Part shown: piece by piece, positions 35,491 to 43,792 of the stretch
Layout: every line of letters starts with the position of its first letter
How positions within the stretch are numbered: the first letter of the stretch is position 1
NCBI GenBank assembly: GCA_045121075.1
Contig: JBGVFK010000005.1
Location: forward strand, 6,913 to 70,912
Origin: Acutalibacteraceae bacterium
GTDB lineage: Bacteria; Bacillota; Clostridia; Oscillospirales; Acutalibacteraceae
Direction of reading: 5' to 3'
DNA length: 64,000 bases
Notes under the pieces: generated by a model
The model's database searches: none
What the model was told of the DNA's origin: nothing
The model's input: the letters and a program-made list of their open reading frames with translations, nothing else
Translations under genes and position numbers: made by a program

Positions 35491-37185
35491 TTACTGAGGA
35501 AGCTTGTCTGAAAGAGCAACAAAGTCAATCTTTTCCATCTTTGTTCTGGGAAGTGCATCCATAACAACAATCTTTCTGGGACAGCCGTAGCCTTCAACGT
35601 TGTCCTTACAGAAAGCCATAAGCTTTTCCTTGAGCTCTTCTCTGTCAGCTTCAAGGTCTGTGGGAGCAACAACAAGCTTTACATAGGGCTTGCCGTTTTC
35701 GTCGTAGCCCTGACAAGCACAAGCTTCAGCGATATAGTCAAGACCGAGAACCTTTTTTTCAATTGTTGCAGGATAAATGTTGTAGCCTGCGATGATGATG
35801 ATTCTCTTGATACGGCTTGTGAATCTGATGTGGCCGTCTTCTGTCATGTAAGCAACGTCACCTGTCTTTACCCAGCTCTTGCCGTTTTCGTCAACATAGA
35901 TACCGGTTTCTTTGATTGCATCGTCGGGAAGGTAGCGGTTCATCATACACTTACCTGTCATAACAATCTCACCGATTTCACCTGCGGGAAGCTTATTGTT
36001 ATTTTCATCCCAGATTTCGATGTGAGTACCGAGAATGGGCATGCCTACTGTATCTTCTCTGTAGTGCTCTGAGGGAAGGTTATTTGTTGTGCAAACAGCA
36101 CACATTTCTGTAAGACCGTAACCGGGAGCAAGGAGACCCTTTGAGCCCTGAGCAGCAATTGCAGCGTTGAATTCTCTGATGAAGTCGGGACTTACATAGT
36201 CGCCGCCGGCACTGATGATAAGAAGGTTTTTGATACCTTCGTTGTCCTTGAAGTTGGGAGCTTCCATAAGCTTCTGGAACATCTTGGGAACACCGAGCAT
36301 TTCGATTACGCAGTATTTTCTGATAAGCTCAAGAGCCTGCTGAGGATCGAACTTTGAAATCATAATGGGCTTATATGCGTTACAGATTGCGTAGTGGATT
36401 GAAACACCGAGACCGTAAGCGTGGAAGCAGGGAAGAACACAGAGTGAATAGCACTTTGTGTAATCGTGGGGAAGGTCAAGAGCATACATAGCATAAGCAA
36501 GGTTGTTGAATGAATATGCTGAGTGAATAATTGTCTTGCTCTTACCTGTTGTGCCGCCACCGTGGATGTAGATTGCATCATCCTTGCCAGGATTGTGGTC
36601 GGTGGGAGCTGCAGGAAGATCCATACCCATAATTTCCATATAGGGGTTGGTTGTTGCAGTTCTTTCATACTGAGCGTTCTGCATTTCGTTGCCCTTTGCA
36701 TATTTGTAAGCAATACCGTCGCAGAAGTCTGATGTTGAGCAAACAACTGTAAGGAACTTGTCTGTGATGGGCTTGAAGGGACCTGCAAAAAGGTCAAGAA
36801 GCATAAGGCACTTGCTCTTTGTGTGAATCATAATTTCAACAAGCTGTGCAGGAGGAGTAAGAGGATGCACGAAGTTTGAAATTGCACCGATTTTTGAGCA
36901 AGCGTAAAAAGCAATTGCAGCGTGGCCGCAGGTGGGAAGAAAAGCGGTTACAACATCGCCCTTGCCGATGCCCTTTGAAATAAACCATGCAGCAAGCTTT
37001 TCAATATCTGCAACAAATCTCTTCATTGAAACCTCAGATTCAACGTTTGCAACGGGAGTTACAAAAGCTGTGTAATCATCGCCGTAATCCTTTGCAATGC
37101 GAGCATAGCTCTGCATCATATATTCGTAGCAGGATTCTTTTTCGGGTAAAGTGAGATAATTTTCTTTAGGTATGATATATTCCAT
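35491..37185 (-). CDS. AMP-dependent acyl-CoA synthetase/ligase (ANL superfamily)
   Basis: The AMP-binding motif IHGGGTTGKSK, together with GYGLTE and TGDV motifs, is present. I place the start at the ATG at 37183-37185 (AAGGAG RBS 8 nt upstream), not at the longer track ORF. Confidence 0.8.
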   Translation of the reverse strand: MEYIIPKENYLTLPEKESCYEYMMQSYARIAKDYGDDYTAFVTPVANVESEVSMKRFVADIEKLAAWFISKGIGKGDVVTAFLPTCGHAAIAFYACSKIGAISNFVHPLTPPAQLVEIMIHTKSKCLMLLDLFAGPFKPITDKFLTVVCSTSDFCDGIAYKYAKGNEMQNAQYERTATTNPYMEIMGMDLPAAPTDHNPGKDDAIYIHGGGTTGKSKTIIHSAYSFNNLAYAMYALDLPHDYTKCYSLCVLPCFHAYGLGVSIHYAICNAYKPIMISKFDPQQALELIRKYCVIEMLGVPKMFQKLMEAPNFKDNEGIKNLLIISAGGDYVSPDFIREFNAAIAAQGSKGLLAPGYGLTEMCAVCTTNNLPSEHYREDTVGMPILGTHIEIWDENNNKLPAGEIGEIVMTGKCMMNRYLPDDAIKETGIYVDENGKSWVKTGDVAYMTEDGHIRFTSRIKRIIIIAGYNIYPATIEKKVLGLDYIAEACACQGYDENGKPYVKLVVAPTDLEADREELKEKLMAFCKDNVEGYGCPRKIVVMDALPRTKMEKIDFVALSDKLPQ

Positions 37186-37374
37186 GATACAGTCTCCTTT
37201 GTAAATGTTTAATTCAGTACACTGTGTCATAGTATACGCTATGTGATTTGTGATGTCAATTACAAAAACACACGCAATGTAACAAATTTGCGAATAAGTG
37301 AAAATTTTTTACCGAAAAGAGAAAAAACACAGAGCTTTCTGACAGTCTCTGCGATTCAATAAACAATTAAAAGA

Positions 37375-37403
37375 TTGACAAGCAAGGGAAAAAATGGTAG
37401 GAT
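37375..37403 (+). promoter_or_regulatory. Sigma-70-type promoter upstream of the tRNA-Arg locus
   Basis: TTGACA, a 17-nt spacer, then TAGGAT. Confidence 0.5.
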
Positions 37404-37415
37404 AAGTAGCAGCAA

Positions 37416-37440
37416 GCCTCCATAGTTAAATGGATATAAG
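37416..37440 (+). other. Duplicated 5' fragment of tRNA-Arg (24 nt identical to 37531-37554)
   Basis: The string gcctccatagttaaatggatataa occurs at both positions. The upstream copy cannot be completed into a cloverleaf. Confidence 0.8.
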
Positions 37441-37530
37441 AACCTGCCTGCGGCAGAACCTTGTTACTCGCTGTGCTCGTAATAATAAACCACTTTGCAA
37501 GGTTTGTTATAAAACTAACATTATCACTAC

Positions 37531-37605
37531 GCCTCCATAGTTAAATGGATATAATAAACCCCTCCTAAGGGTTAGTTACAGGTTCGATTCCTGTTGGGGG
37601 TGCCA
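37531..37605 (+). tRNA. tRNA-Arg (anticodon CCT)
   Basis: A manual cloverleaf fits. The acceptor is GCCTCCA/TGGGGGT with two G-U pairs, and the D arm is GTTA-AATGGATA-TAAT. The anticodon arm is AACCC-CTCCTAA-GGGTT and the T arm is ACAGG-TTCGATT-CCTGT. The discriminator is G and CCA is encoded. Confidence 0.75.
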
Positions 37606-37735
37606 GAAGCGGCGAGATGAATCTCGCCTAAAATAATAATGAATAAAGAATAAATAAGAAATAATAAAGGTTGAACGCCGCTTCTGTATTATTCTTTATT
37701 CTTTTTTATTTATTCTTTATTCTTTAAATGACAAG
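37606..37735. repeat. Heptamer-arm hairpin region (AATAAAG variant) abutting the tRNA 3' end
   Basis: The run gaataaagaataaataagaaataataaagg (37641-37670) faces attattctttattcttttttatttattctttattcttt (37689-37726). In addition, agaagcggcg (37605-37614) pairs with cgccgcttct (37676-37685), and a local hairpin ggcgaga-tgaa-tctcgcc is present. Confidence 0.65.
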
Positions 37736-37746
37736 GAATGATTACT

Positions 37747-37913
37747 GTGAAAAAGGAAAATCCGTTGCTTGACAAATCCTTATTATTTGCTGCTCGTATT
37801 GTTGAATTGCATAAATATCTCATCAAGGAAAAGAAGGCGAGTCTTTGTTAAGGGACTGTCTGGAGATTAAAAGGATTCTTATTTCAACTCTTAACACATC
37901 AAAAGAAAATTAA
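37747..37913 (+). pseudogene. Internally deleted, frameshifted four-helix-bundle (IVS-family) gene remnant
   Basis: Frame 1 reads VKKENPLLDKSLLFAARIVELHKYLIKEKKASLC-stop, matching the N-terminus of the protein at 2199..2570. Another frame reads ESLLRDCLEIKRILISTLNTSKEN-stop, matching its C-terminal DCLELKKIL region. The central ~70 codons are missing. Confidence 0.65.
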
Positions 37914-37939
37914 TGATTTTAACTTTTTATAAAAACCTC

Positions 37940-37968
37940 TTGACAAATAAAAACCACAGTACTATAAT
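37940..37968 (+). promoter_or_regulatory. Sigma-70 consensus promoter of the T-box leader
   Basis: TTGACA, a 17-nt spacer, then TATAAT. Confidence 0.75.
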
Positions 37969-37975
37969 GCAAACA

Positions 37976-38290
37976 TAAAACAGTGAGCCGATAGGTAGCT
38001 GTTTAATAAATGCGATGAGCAGAAACCAGTAGGTTGGAAATAATCTGGAGAGAGTTGTCGGTTGGTGCGAGACAATGAGGAAGTCCTTCTGAATTCCTTC
38101 TGTTAGCAGTGCACTGAATGAGAGTAATCTTTAGTAGGATGCAACGGGAGTTCCCGTCACAGAACTAGGGTATGCAGTACCTGACAAGGCTGTCACCGTG
38201 AGATGACAGCGAACTGAGGTGGTACCACGGGATAGTAATTTTCTCGTCCTCTGTATTCTTAATCGGATGCAGAGGGCGTTTTTGTTTTCC
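37976..38290 (+). promoter_or_regulatory. T-box riboswitch leader, probable Phe (UUC) specifier
   Basis: The elements are: Stem I base TGCGATGAGCAGAA (K-turn-like), AGTA, the AG bulge CTGGAGAGAG, and a distal GGTTGGTGCGAG. The specifier loop is GAA-TTC-C, with UUC at 38094-38096 by alignment to the glyQS layout. The T-box sequence is AACTGAGGTGGTACCACGGGA (38212-38232), and the terminator is cgtcctctg-(17 nt)-cagagggcg-ttttt (38246-38286). Confidence 0.85.
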
Positions 38291-38351
38291 CTTTACTCTC
38301 CGAAACATTACTGCAGACTAAAATCAGACAGAAAAAGAAAGGGTGTTCAAA

Positions 38352-39659
38352 ATGGCACAGAATTACTATCAGAAAGAAATTGAAACAATGTCACGCGAAG
38401 AGATGAAGGCTCTTCAGTCAGAAAAGCTTGTAAAGCAGGTAAAGCATGTTTATGAAAATGTGCCCTACTACAGAAATCTTATGGATGAAAAGGGTGTAAC
38501 ACCTGACGATATCAAGAGTATTGATGATCTTCACAAGCTTCCCTTCCTTACAAAGGCTGACCTTCGTGATGCTTATCCCTATGGCCTTCTTGCAAAGCCT
38601 CTTTCAGATTGCGTACGTATTCACTCAACATCAGGTACAACAGGCCGTCGTGTAGTTGCTTTCTACACACAGCATGACGTTGACCTCTGGGATGATTGCT
38701 GTGCAAGAGCTATTACAGCTGTTGGCGGCACTAAGGATGATGTTTGCCAGGTTGCTTACGGCTACGGTCTTTTCACAGGCGGCTTCGGTCTTAACGGCGG
38801 TAGCCATAAGGTTGGCTGTCTTACACTTCCTATGTCATCAGGTAATACAGAAAGACAGATTCAGTTTATGATGGACCTCAAGGCTACTATTCTTTGCTGT
38901 ACTCCCTCTTACGCTGCATATATCGGTGAATCACTCAGAGAGCAGGGCTACAAGCCTGAGGATATTCCTCTTAAGGCCGGCATTTTCGGTGCAGAGCCCT
39001 GGACAGAAGAAATGCGTAAGGGTATTGAAGCTACTCTCGGTATCAAGGCTTACGATATTTACGGCCTTACAGAATCAACCGGCCCGGGCGTTGCTTTCGA
39101 ATGCAGTGAGCAGACAGGTATGCACGTAAATGAAGACCACTTCTTTGCAGAAATTATTGATCCCGATACAGGTGAGATTCTTCCCGAAGGCAGTAAGGGT
39201 GAGCTTGTATTCACATCACTCGATAAGGAAGCATTCCCCCTTCTCCGTTACCGTACCCGTGACATCTGCGTACTTTCACGCAAGGAATGCTCATGCGGTC
39301 GTACACTTATCAAAATGGCTAAGCCGATGGGCAGAACAGACGATATGCTCATTATCCGTGGCGTAAACGTATTCCCCAGCCAGCTTGAAACTGTTCTTCT
39401 TAAGGAAGGCTATGAGCCCAATTATCAGATTGTTGTTGACAGAAAGAACAACACAGATACATTTGATGTAAATGTTGAAATGACACCTGAAAAGTTCACA
39501 GACAAGCTCAGCGATGTTCTCATGATGGAAAAATCACTTGCAAACGCAATGAAAATTATGCTCGGCATTAATCCTTCCGTTCACCTTCTTCCTCCTAAGA
39601 GTATTGCAAGAAGTGAAGGCAAGGCAGTTCGAGTTGTTGATAAGCGTAAATTAATATAA
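38352..39659 (+). CDS. paaK: Phenylacetate--CoA ligase family protein
   Basis: The PaaK-type N-terminus reads EIETMSREEMKALQSEKLVKQV, with the AMP motif HSTSGTTGRRV and also YGLTE. I prefer the ATG at 38352 (AAAGGG RBS) over the track GTG at 38343. Confidence 0.85.
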   Translation: MAQNYYQKEIETMSREEMKALQSEKLVKQVKHVYENVPYYRNLMDEKGVTPDDIKSIDDLHKLPFLTKADLRDAYPYGLLAKPLSDCVRIHSTSGTTGRRVVAFYTQHDVDLWDDCCARAITAVGGTKDDVCQVAYGYGLFTGGFGLNGGSHKVGCLTLPMSSGNTERQIQFMMDLKATILCCTPSYAAYIGESLREQGYKPEDIPLKAGIFGAEPWTEEMRKGIEATLGIKAYDIYGLTESTGPGVAFECSEQTGMHVNEDHFFAEIIDPDTGEILPEGSKGELVFTSLDKEAFPLLRYRTRDICVLSRKECSCGRTLIKMAKPMGRTDDMLIIRGVNVFPSQLETVLLKEGYEPNYQIVVDRKNNTDTFDVNVEMTPEKFTDKLSDVLMMEKSLANAMKIMLGINPSVHLLPPKSIARSEGKAVRVVDKRKLI

Positions 39660-39680
39660 GTCTGAAAGGAGTTTTGAAAA

Positions 39681-40112
39681 ATGGCTATCAAACAGTTAAC
39701 AGCTTTCGTACAGAACAAAAAAGGAGCACTTGTTTCAGTAACAGATGCACTTGCAAAAAACGGAGTGAACTTAAGAGCACTCTCAATTGCAGAAACCGAA
39801 GACCTTGGCATTTTAAGACTTATTGTAAATGATACAGCTGCAGCAGAAAAGGCTCTCACAGAGCAGGGCTACCTTATTAAGGTTGTTGATGTTGTAGGTG
39901 TAAAAATCGGCGACGCACCAGGTAAGCTTACCGAAGCGCTTACAGTTCTTGACAAGGCAGATATAAATGTTGAGTATCTTTATGCGTTTATGACCCGCAC
40001 AGAAAAGCACGCTTATGTTGTTCTCAGAGTTGAAAACAACACCGAAGCAGAAAAAGCTCTTGAGGATGCAGGCTTCCATATTATTACCGAGGCTGACATC
40101 TGCAAGCTGTGA
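39681..40112 (+). CDS. ACT domain-containing protein (tandem ACT)
   Basis: The 143-aa protein has two beta-alpha-beta-beta-alpha-beta-like repeats (LSIAETEDLGILRLIV..., YVVLRVEN). This partner commonly follows PaaK-like genes in anaerobes. Confidence 0.75.
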   Translation: MAIKQLTAFVQNKKGALVSVTDALAKNGVNLRALSIAETEDLGILRLIVNDTAAAEKALTEQGYLIKVVDVVGVKIGDAPGKLTEALTVLDKADINVEYLYAFMTRTEKHAYVVLRVENNTEAEKALEDAGFHIITEADICKL

Positions 40113-40120
40113 TAAATCAT

Positions 40121-40162
40121 AAAAAAACAGCACCCTGTGAAAACAGAGTGCTGTAATTTTTT
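40121..40162. terminator. Bidirectional rho-independent terminator
   Basis: The hairpin acagcaccctgt-gaaa-acagagtgctgt is flanked by an A-run and a T-run, between convergent genes. Confidence 0.8.
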
Positions 40163-40169
40163 GTGATTA

Positions 40170-40997
40170 TCAGATAGCCTTACCGCCGAGAGCTCTGAGC
40201 TTTTCGTTAACGTCACGCTGGTCAACCCATACAACAACTTCCATAATAGCAAGAGCCGTAAGAATGTGCCAGATTGAATGGCCGTGAATGTTACCGAGAA
40301 TGAATGTGTTGATTTCATTGTCGCCCCAGAGTGAGGTGATGATGAATGCAACAAGGAAGGTAAGAATGATGAGGATGAAGAGAAGCTTCTCTGTTGATGT
40401 CATCTTCTTGAAGTTTGCTACGAGCAGGTAAAGAATGGGAAGCGCTGTAAGGAAGCAGCCGAATTCAGCCAGTGAAAGACCGCCGGTCTTGCCGTCCATG
40501 GGAGCTCCGCCGCCACCGATGTAGAGTGGTCTGTCGTGAAGCACGAATACTTCGTATGTAAGCACGGAAAGAACTATCGCCATAATAATGGTAACGCCTA
40601 TCAGGAAAATGTTGCGTTTTTTCTTTTCGTCAGCCTTCTGATAGAATTCGAAAGCAAAGCAGCAAACGCCTGACCATGCAACAAGCTCTGTGAATGACAT
40701 ATCAACATAGCTTGCAAGAAGCTTTGTTGTAAGAACACCGGGCTGAAATTCGCCGTAGTTAGCGGTGTGCATACCTACTGAAGTTACTGACATAATCATG
40801 TACAGCATAATGAAAACATACCAATACCACTTTTTGTTCTTTTTGATGAGAAGAGTAGCAATGGCAATGAATGCCGCCAGAGTATAAACCCAGTTGGTCT
40901 GAACTGCAGCGTACTGAGCGCAATACTCGGCAAGGGTTGTGCCGCCTTCAAGAACGATGTCTTTAAAGGAAGGCCAATCAATGAAATTGAGTTGCAT
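40170..40997 (-). CDS. Polytopic membrane protein, possibly ceramidase/PAQR-like hydrolase fold
   Basis: About 7 TM segments with a C-terminal HGHSIWHILTA motif reminiscent of the HxxWH of the alkaline ceramidase / hemolysin-III superfamily. This similarity is weak. I place the start at 40995-40997 (AGGAGG RBS 7 nt upstream), not at 41051. Confidence 0.55.
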   Translation of the reverse strand: MQLNFIDWPSFKDIVLEGGTTLAEYCAQYAAVQTNWVYTLAAFIAIATLLIKKNKKWYWYVFIMLYMIMSVTSVGMHTANYGEFQPGVLTTKLLASYVDMSFTELVAWSGVCCFAFEFYQKADEKKKRNIFLIGVTIIMAIVLSVLTYEVFVLHDRPLYIGGGGAPMDGKTGGLSLAEFGCFLTALPILYLLVANFKKMTSTEKLLFILIILTFLVAFIITSLWGDNEINTFILGNIHGHSIWHILTALAIMEVVVWVDQRDVNEKLRALGGKAI

Positions 40998-41249
40998 AAA
41001 AATTCCTCCTTTATTTTTCTTCATAATAGCACTTTTGTTTTTAATTTGCAATAATTTTACGGATTTTTATTTTGGGTAAAGCACTGTTTTTAAAAGGGGA
41101 ATTTTTTTGTCTATACAAATTCACCAAAAAGCTTTGTCTATATTTACATGTCTTTTCAGGTTGCTTTTTTAACAATAAATGGATATAATATTACATTGAA
41201 TGGTTATAGCATAATATAACTGTATAAAGAAAAAGAAAGGAGCTTTGAC

Positions 41250-43118
41250 ATGGCAGAAAAGAAACAAAAGCTGAATGTCAAAAAGACCATATTAACCGGT
41301 TTCGGTTTTTTGGCCACTTCAATAGCATGGGCGATTTATGACCCCTACATCACAAAAATTCTCAACAAGATTCTCTCTGAAAGTGCTGCAGTAACAAACC
41401 TCAGCGCTAAGCTCGCTTCAATGATTCCCTGGATTGGTGAATTCGCAGAAGCTCAGGGTCAGAGTACAATTTCCGCTTCAGGCGGTTTCTCATTGGTACC
41501 TCTTTTCATCGGTATCATTATGACCTTCGATAACATCTTCGGTGTTATCTTCCAGCCTACCTTCGGTAAGCTTTCAGACAACTGTCATTCAAAGCTTGGT
41601 AAGCGTCGTCCCTTCATTGTAAGCTGTGCACCCATTTCAGCAATTCTCTTTGCTCTTATTCCTATCGTTGCACTTAACTCAAGCGAAGCACTCAAGCTTC
41701 CTCTTACAATGCTTACAGTTATTCTTTTCGTATTCTCAATGTCACTCTGGAGAGCACCCGTTGTTGCTCTTATGCCTGACCTTACACCTCCCGAGCTTCG
41801 TTCAGAGGGTAACGCAATCATCAACCTTATGGGCGGTATCGGTTCAGCAGTAGGTATGGTTGCAGGTACAATCGGTATTGCACTCTGCACACTTATCGCA
41901 GGCTACAGCAAGGCTGAAATCAAGGCTGACGAAACAGTTTCATTCCCCTATGTATTTATCGTAGGTTCACTTGTTATGATTATCGGTATGCTCGTTCTTC
42001 TCTTCTTCGTTAAGGAAGAAGACACAAGCATTAAGCTTAAGGGTGACAAGAATCAGTATGCAGACGAAAAAGCTCTCAAGAAGGCTCAGAAGGAAGCTGC
42101 TAAGCAGAAGAAGGCTGAGCTTAAGGCTATGAAGCTTTCAAAGGGCGAAAGAAAGAGTCTTATCTTCATGCTCGGCACACTCTTCTTCCTCTTCTGCGCA
42201 TCAAACGCAATTACAACCTTCTTCTCACTCTTTGCTCAGGAAATCCTTCACATGATTACTTCCGAGGCTACCTTTATTATGCTCATCTTTGCAGTTTGCT
42301 CAGGTGTAGCAGCTATTCCTGCAGGTAAGTTCGGTTCAAAGTTCGGCAGAAAGAAGACAATTATTGCAGGTCTTGCAGTATTCCTTGTAGCATTCATCGT
42401 ATTCTTCGGTGTATTCCTTGGTATGCTCGGCGGCAAAGACCTTTCAATCAGCGACTACGTTTCAGTTAACAACGCTTATATCGCAGTTGACGAAAACATC
42501 AACGCATACAACGCAGACCTTTCAAATGCTGCTCAGCTTGAAGGCAGAACACTCGAGGATAACGAGGTTCTCAGCATTGAAGGCTACCTTGCATATAAGA
42601 GTGGCGAAGCTGCTGAAGATGTTGCAGCTTACTACGAAACCTATGACGCTCACCTTATAGCTACTCTCGGTGAAGGCGTTTATGACGATCTCGTTGCTGT
42701 TGCAAACGAGATTCTCGGTACAGAAACAGAAAGCTTTGAGGTTGCTCTCGCAGCAATTGTTGACACAGTTGACAGCGTTACAGCAATCCTTCGTGTACTC
42801 ATCTATCCCGTTCTTATCCTTGGCGGTGCTGCTAACATGTTTATCACAGTTAACACACTTCCCCTTGTACTTGAAATCGGCGGTGTTGAAAAGGTTGGTA
42901 CATTCACAGGCTACTACTACACAGCTACATTCTCAGCTCAGATCGCTTCACCCATCGTATACGGCTTTATCAGAATGTTTGCAGGAACCTATATGTCACT
43001 GTTCTATTACAGCCCCATAATGTTCGCTCTTGCAATTATCCTTATTATGTTCGTTAAGCACGGCGAAGCAGTTCCTCAGGAAATCATCGACAAAATCGAA
43101 GAAGAAAACGCTGACTGA
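41250..43118 (+). CDS. MFS transporter (GPH/sugar-cation symporter-like) with two large insertions
   Basis: MFS-like TM pairs and a GKLSDNCHSKLGKRRPF motif are present. There is a Lys-rich central loop and an acidic ~120-aa insert in the C-terminal half. Confidence 0.75.
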   Translation: MAEKKQKLNVKKTILTGFGFLATSIAWAIYDPYITKILNKILSESAAVTNLSAKLASMIPWIGEFAEAQGQSTISASGGFSLVPLFIGIIMTFDNIFGVIFQPTFGKLSDNCHSKLGKRRPFIVSCAPISAILFALIPIVALNSSEALKLPLTMLTVILFVFSMSLWRAPVVALMPDLTPPELRSEGNAIINLMGGIGSAVGMVAGTIGIALCTLIAGYSKAEIKADETVSFPYVFIVGSLVMIIGMLVLLFFVKEEDTSIKLKGDKNQYADEKALKKAQKEAAKQKKAELKAMKLSKGERKSLIFMLGTLFFLFCASNAITTFFSLFAQEILHMITSEATFIMLIFAVCSGVAAIPAGKFGSKFGRKKTIIAGLAVFLVAFIVFFGVFLGMLGGKDLSISDYVSVNNAYIAVDENINAYNADLSNAAQLEGRTLEDNEVLSIEGYLAYKSGEAAEDVAAYYETYDAHLIATLGEGVYDDLVAVANEILGTETESFEVALAAIVDTVDSVTAILRVLIYPVLILGGAANMFITVNTLPLVLEIGGVEKVGTFTGYYYTATFSAQIASPIVYGFIRMFAGTYMSLFYYSPIMFALAIILIMFVKHGEAVPQEIIDKIEEENAD

Positions 43119-43136
43119 TAAAAGTTAAAAGCAATA

Positions 43137-43175
43137 AGCCCCGGAATCGTAACGGTTCCGGGGTTGGTGTTTTGC
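43137..43175 (+). terminator. Rho-independent terminator
   Basis: The hairpin ccccggaa-tcgtaacgg-ttccgggg is followed by ttggtgtttt. Confidence 0.7.
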
Positions 43176-43181
43176 AAAATC

Positions 43182-43210
43182 TTGACATAAGCAGGTGTTA
43201 TTGATATAAT
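43182..43210 (+). promoter_or_regulatory. Promoter P1 (consensus sigma-70) of small membrane protein copy 1
   Basis: TTGACA, a 17-nt spacer, then TATAAT, followed by the conserved leader ACAGAAAAGTGGTGGTACCAATGTGG. Confidence 0.7.
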
Positions 43211-43297
43211 CAAATCATAACAGAAAAGTGGTGGTACCAATGTGGTGCACAATAAGTTTGAGTATAATATGATTATTGTTTAAGGAGGAATAACAGA

Positions 43298-43522
43298 ATG
43301 TATGCAGTAATGTTTATAGCAATTTTTCTTTTTGTAGCTTGGCTGGGTCTTATCCCGAATTTTTCTGAGTATGAAGCAACGCAACTGATTATGTGTATAG
43401 CCTTGGGTCTCACAGCTGTAGTTATCACCGGTTTTACTATGGTAATCAAAAGGCTTGATGTTCTGTGCGGACAAAAGGCTGAAAGAGACAATGTAAAGAA
43501 GGAAGAACAGAAAGATAAATAA
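43298..43522 (+). CDS. Small two-TM membrane protein with charged C-terminal tail, paralog 1 (74 aa)
   Basis: An AAGGAGG RBS lies 8 nt upstream. Two hydrophobic helices (FIAIFLFVAWLGLI, LIMCIALGLTAVVITGFTMVI) are followed by KAERDNVKKEEQKDK. The paralog is at 44776..45009. Confidence 0.7.
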   Translation: MYAVMFIAIFLFVAWLGLIPNFSEYEATQLIMCIALGLTAVVITGFTMVIKRLDVLCGQKAERDNVKKEEQKDK

Positions 43523-43679
43523 TTAGCAATTGTGAAAAACATGTTGAACAAAATACTATGAGTTTGTGATATACTCTCCAAAAGTTAGATGCTTTTTGGG
43601 GTGCGTATCTTTTTTTAACAATACCGGGTAATTAAAACATTATAAAATATTTTAATAAATTAAATATTATAAAAATAGA

Positions 43680-43708
43680 TTGACATAGAATATATTTATA
43701 TATATATT
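43680..43708 (+). promoter_or_regulatory. Promoter P2 of the 328-aa secreted protein operon
   Basis: TTGACA, a 17-nt spacer, then TATATT, followed by the conserved leader ACAAAATAGAAAGAGGCGATACCAATGTGGAAGGTAAAG. Confidence 0.65.
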
Positions 43709-43792
43709 AAAAGCACAAAATAGAAAGAGGCGATACCAATGTGGAAGGTAAAGAAGAAAACAAACGAATAAAACAAATATAGGAGGCTTAAT

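Noticed and set aside
36360-36797. A 145-aa alternative-frame ORF inside the acyl-CoA ligase gene
   Set aside because: The overlapping frame carries the ANL superfamily motifs, and this ORF has none.
37416-37530. A second complete tRNA gene upstream of tRNA-Arg
   Set aside because: Only the acceptor 5' strand and the D arm are present. No anticodon arm with a 7-nt loop, no T arm and no 3' acceptor strand can be drawn.
41108-41146. Direct repeat TTTGTCTATA x2 upstream of the MFS gene as a regulator site
   Set aside because: There are only two 10-nt copies in an AT-rich spacer, which is too weak to call without comparative data.
43273-43581. A 102-aa minus-strand ORF (and its twin at 44715..45062, 115 aa) mirroring the small membrane protein genes
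   Set aside because: Both are conserved between copies only because their wobble positions coincide with those of the plus frame. They lack an RBS, run through the plus-strand RBS and operon junction, and have one non-synonymous change where the plus frame has none. I kept this as a caveat, not as genes.
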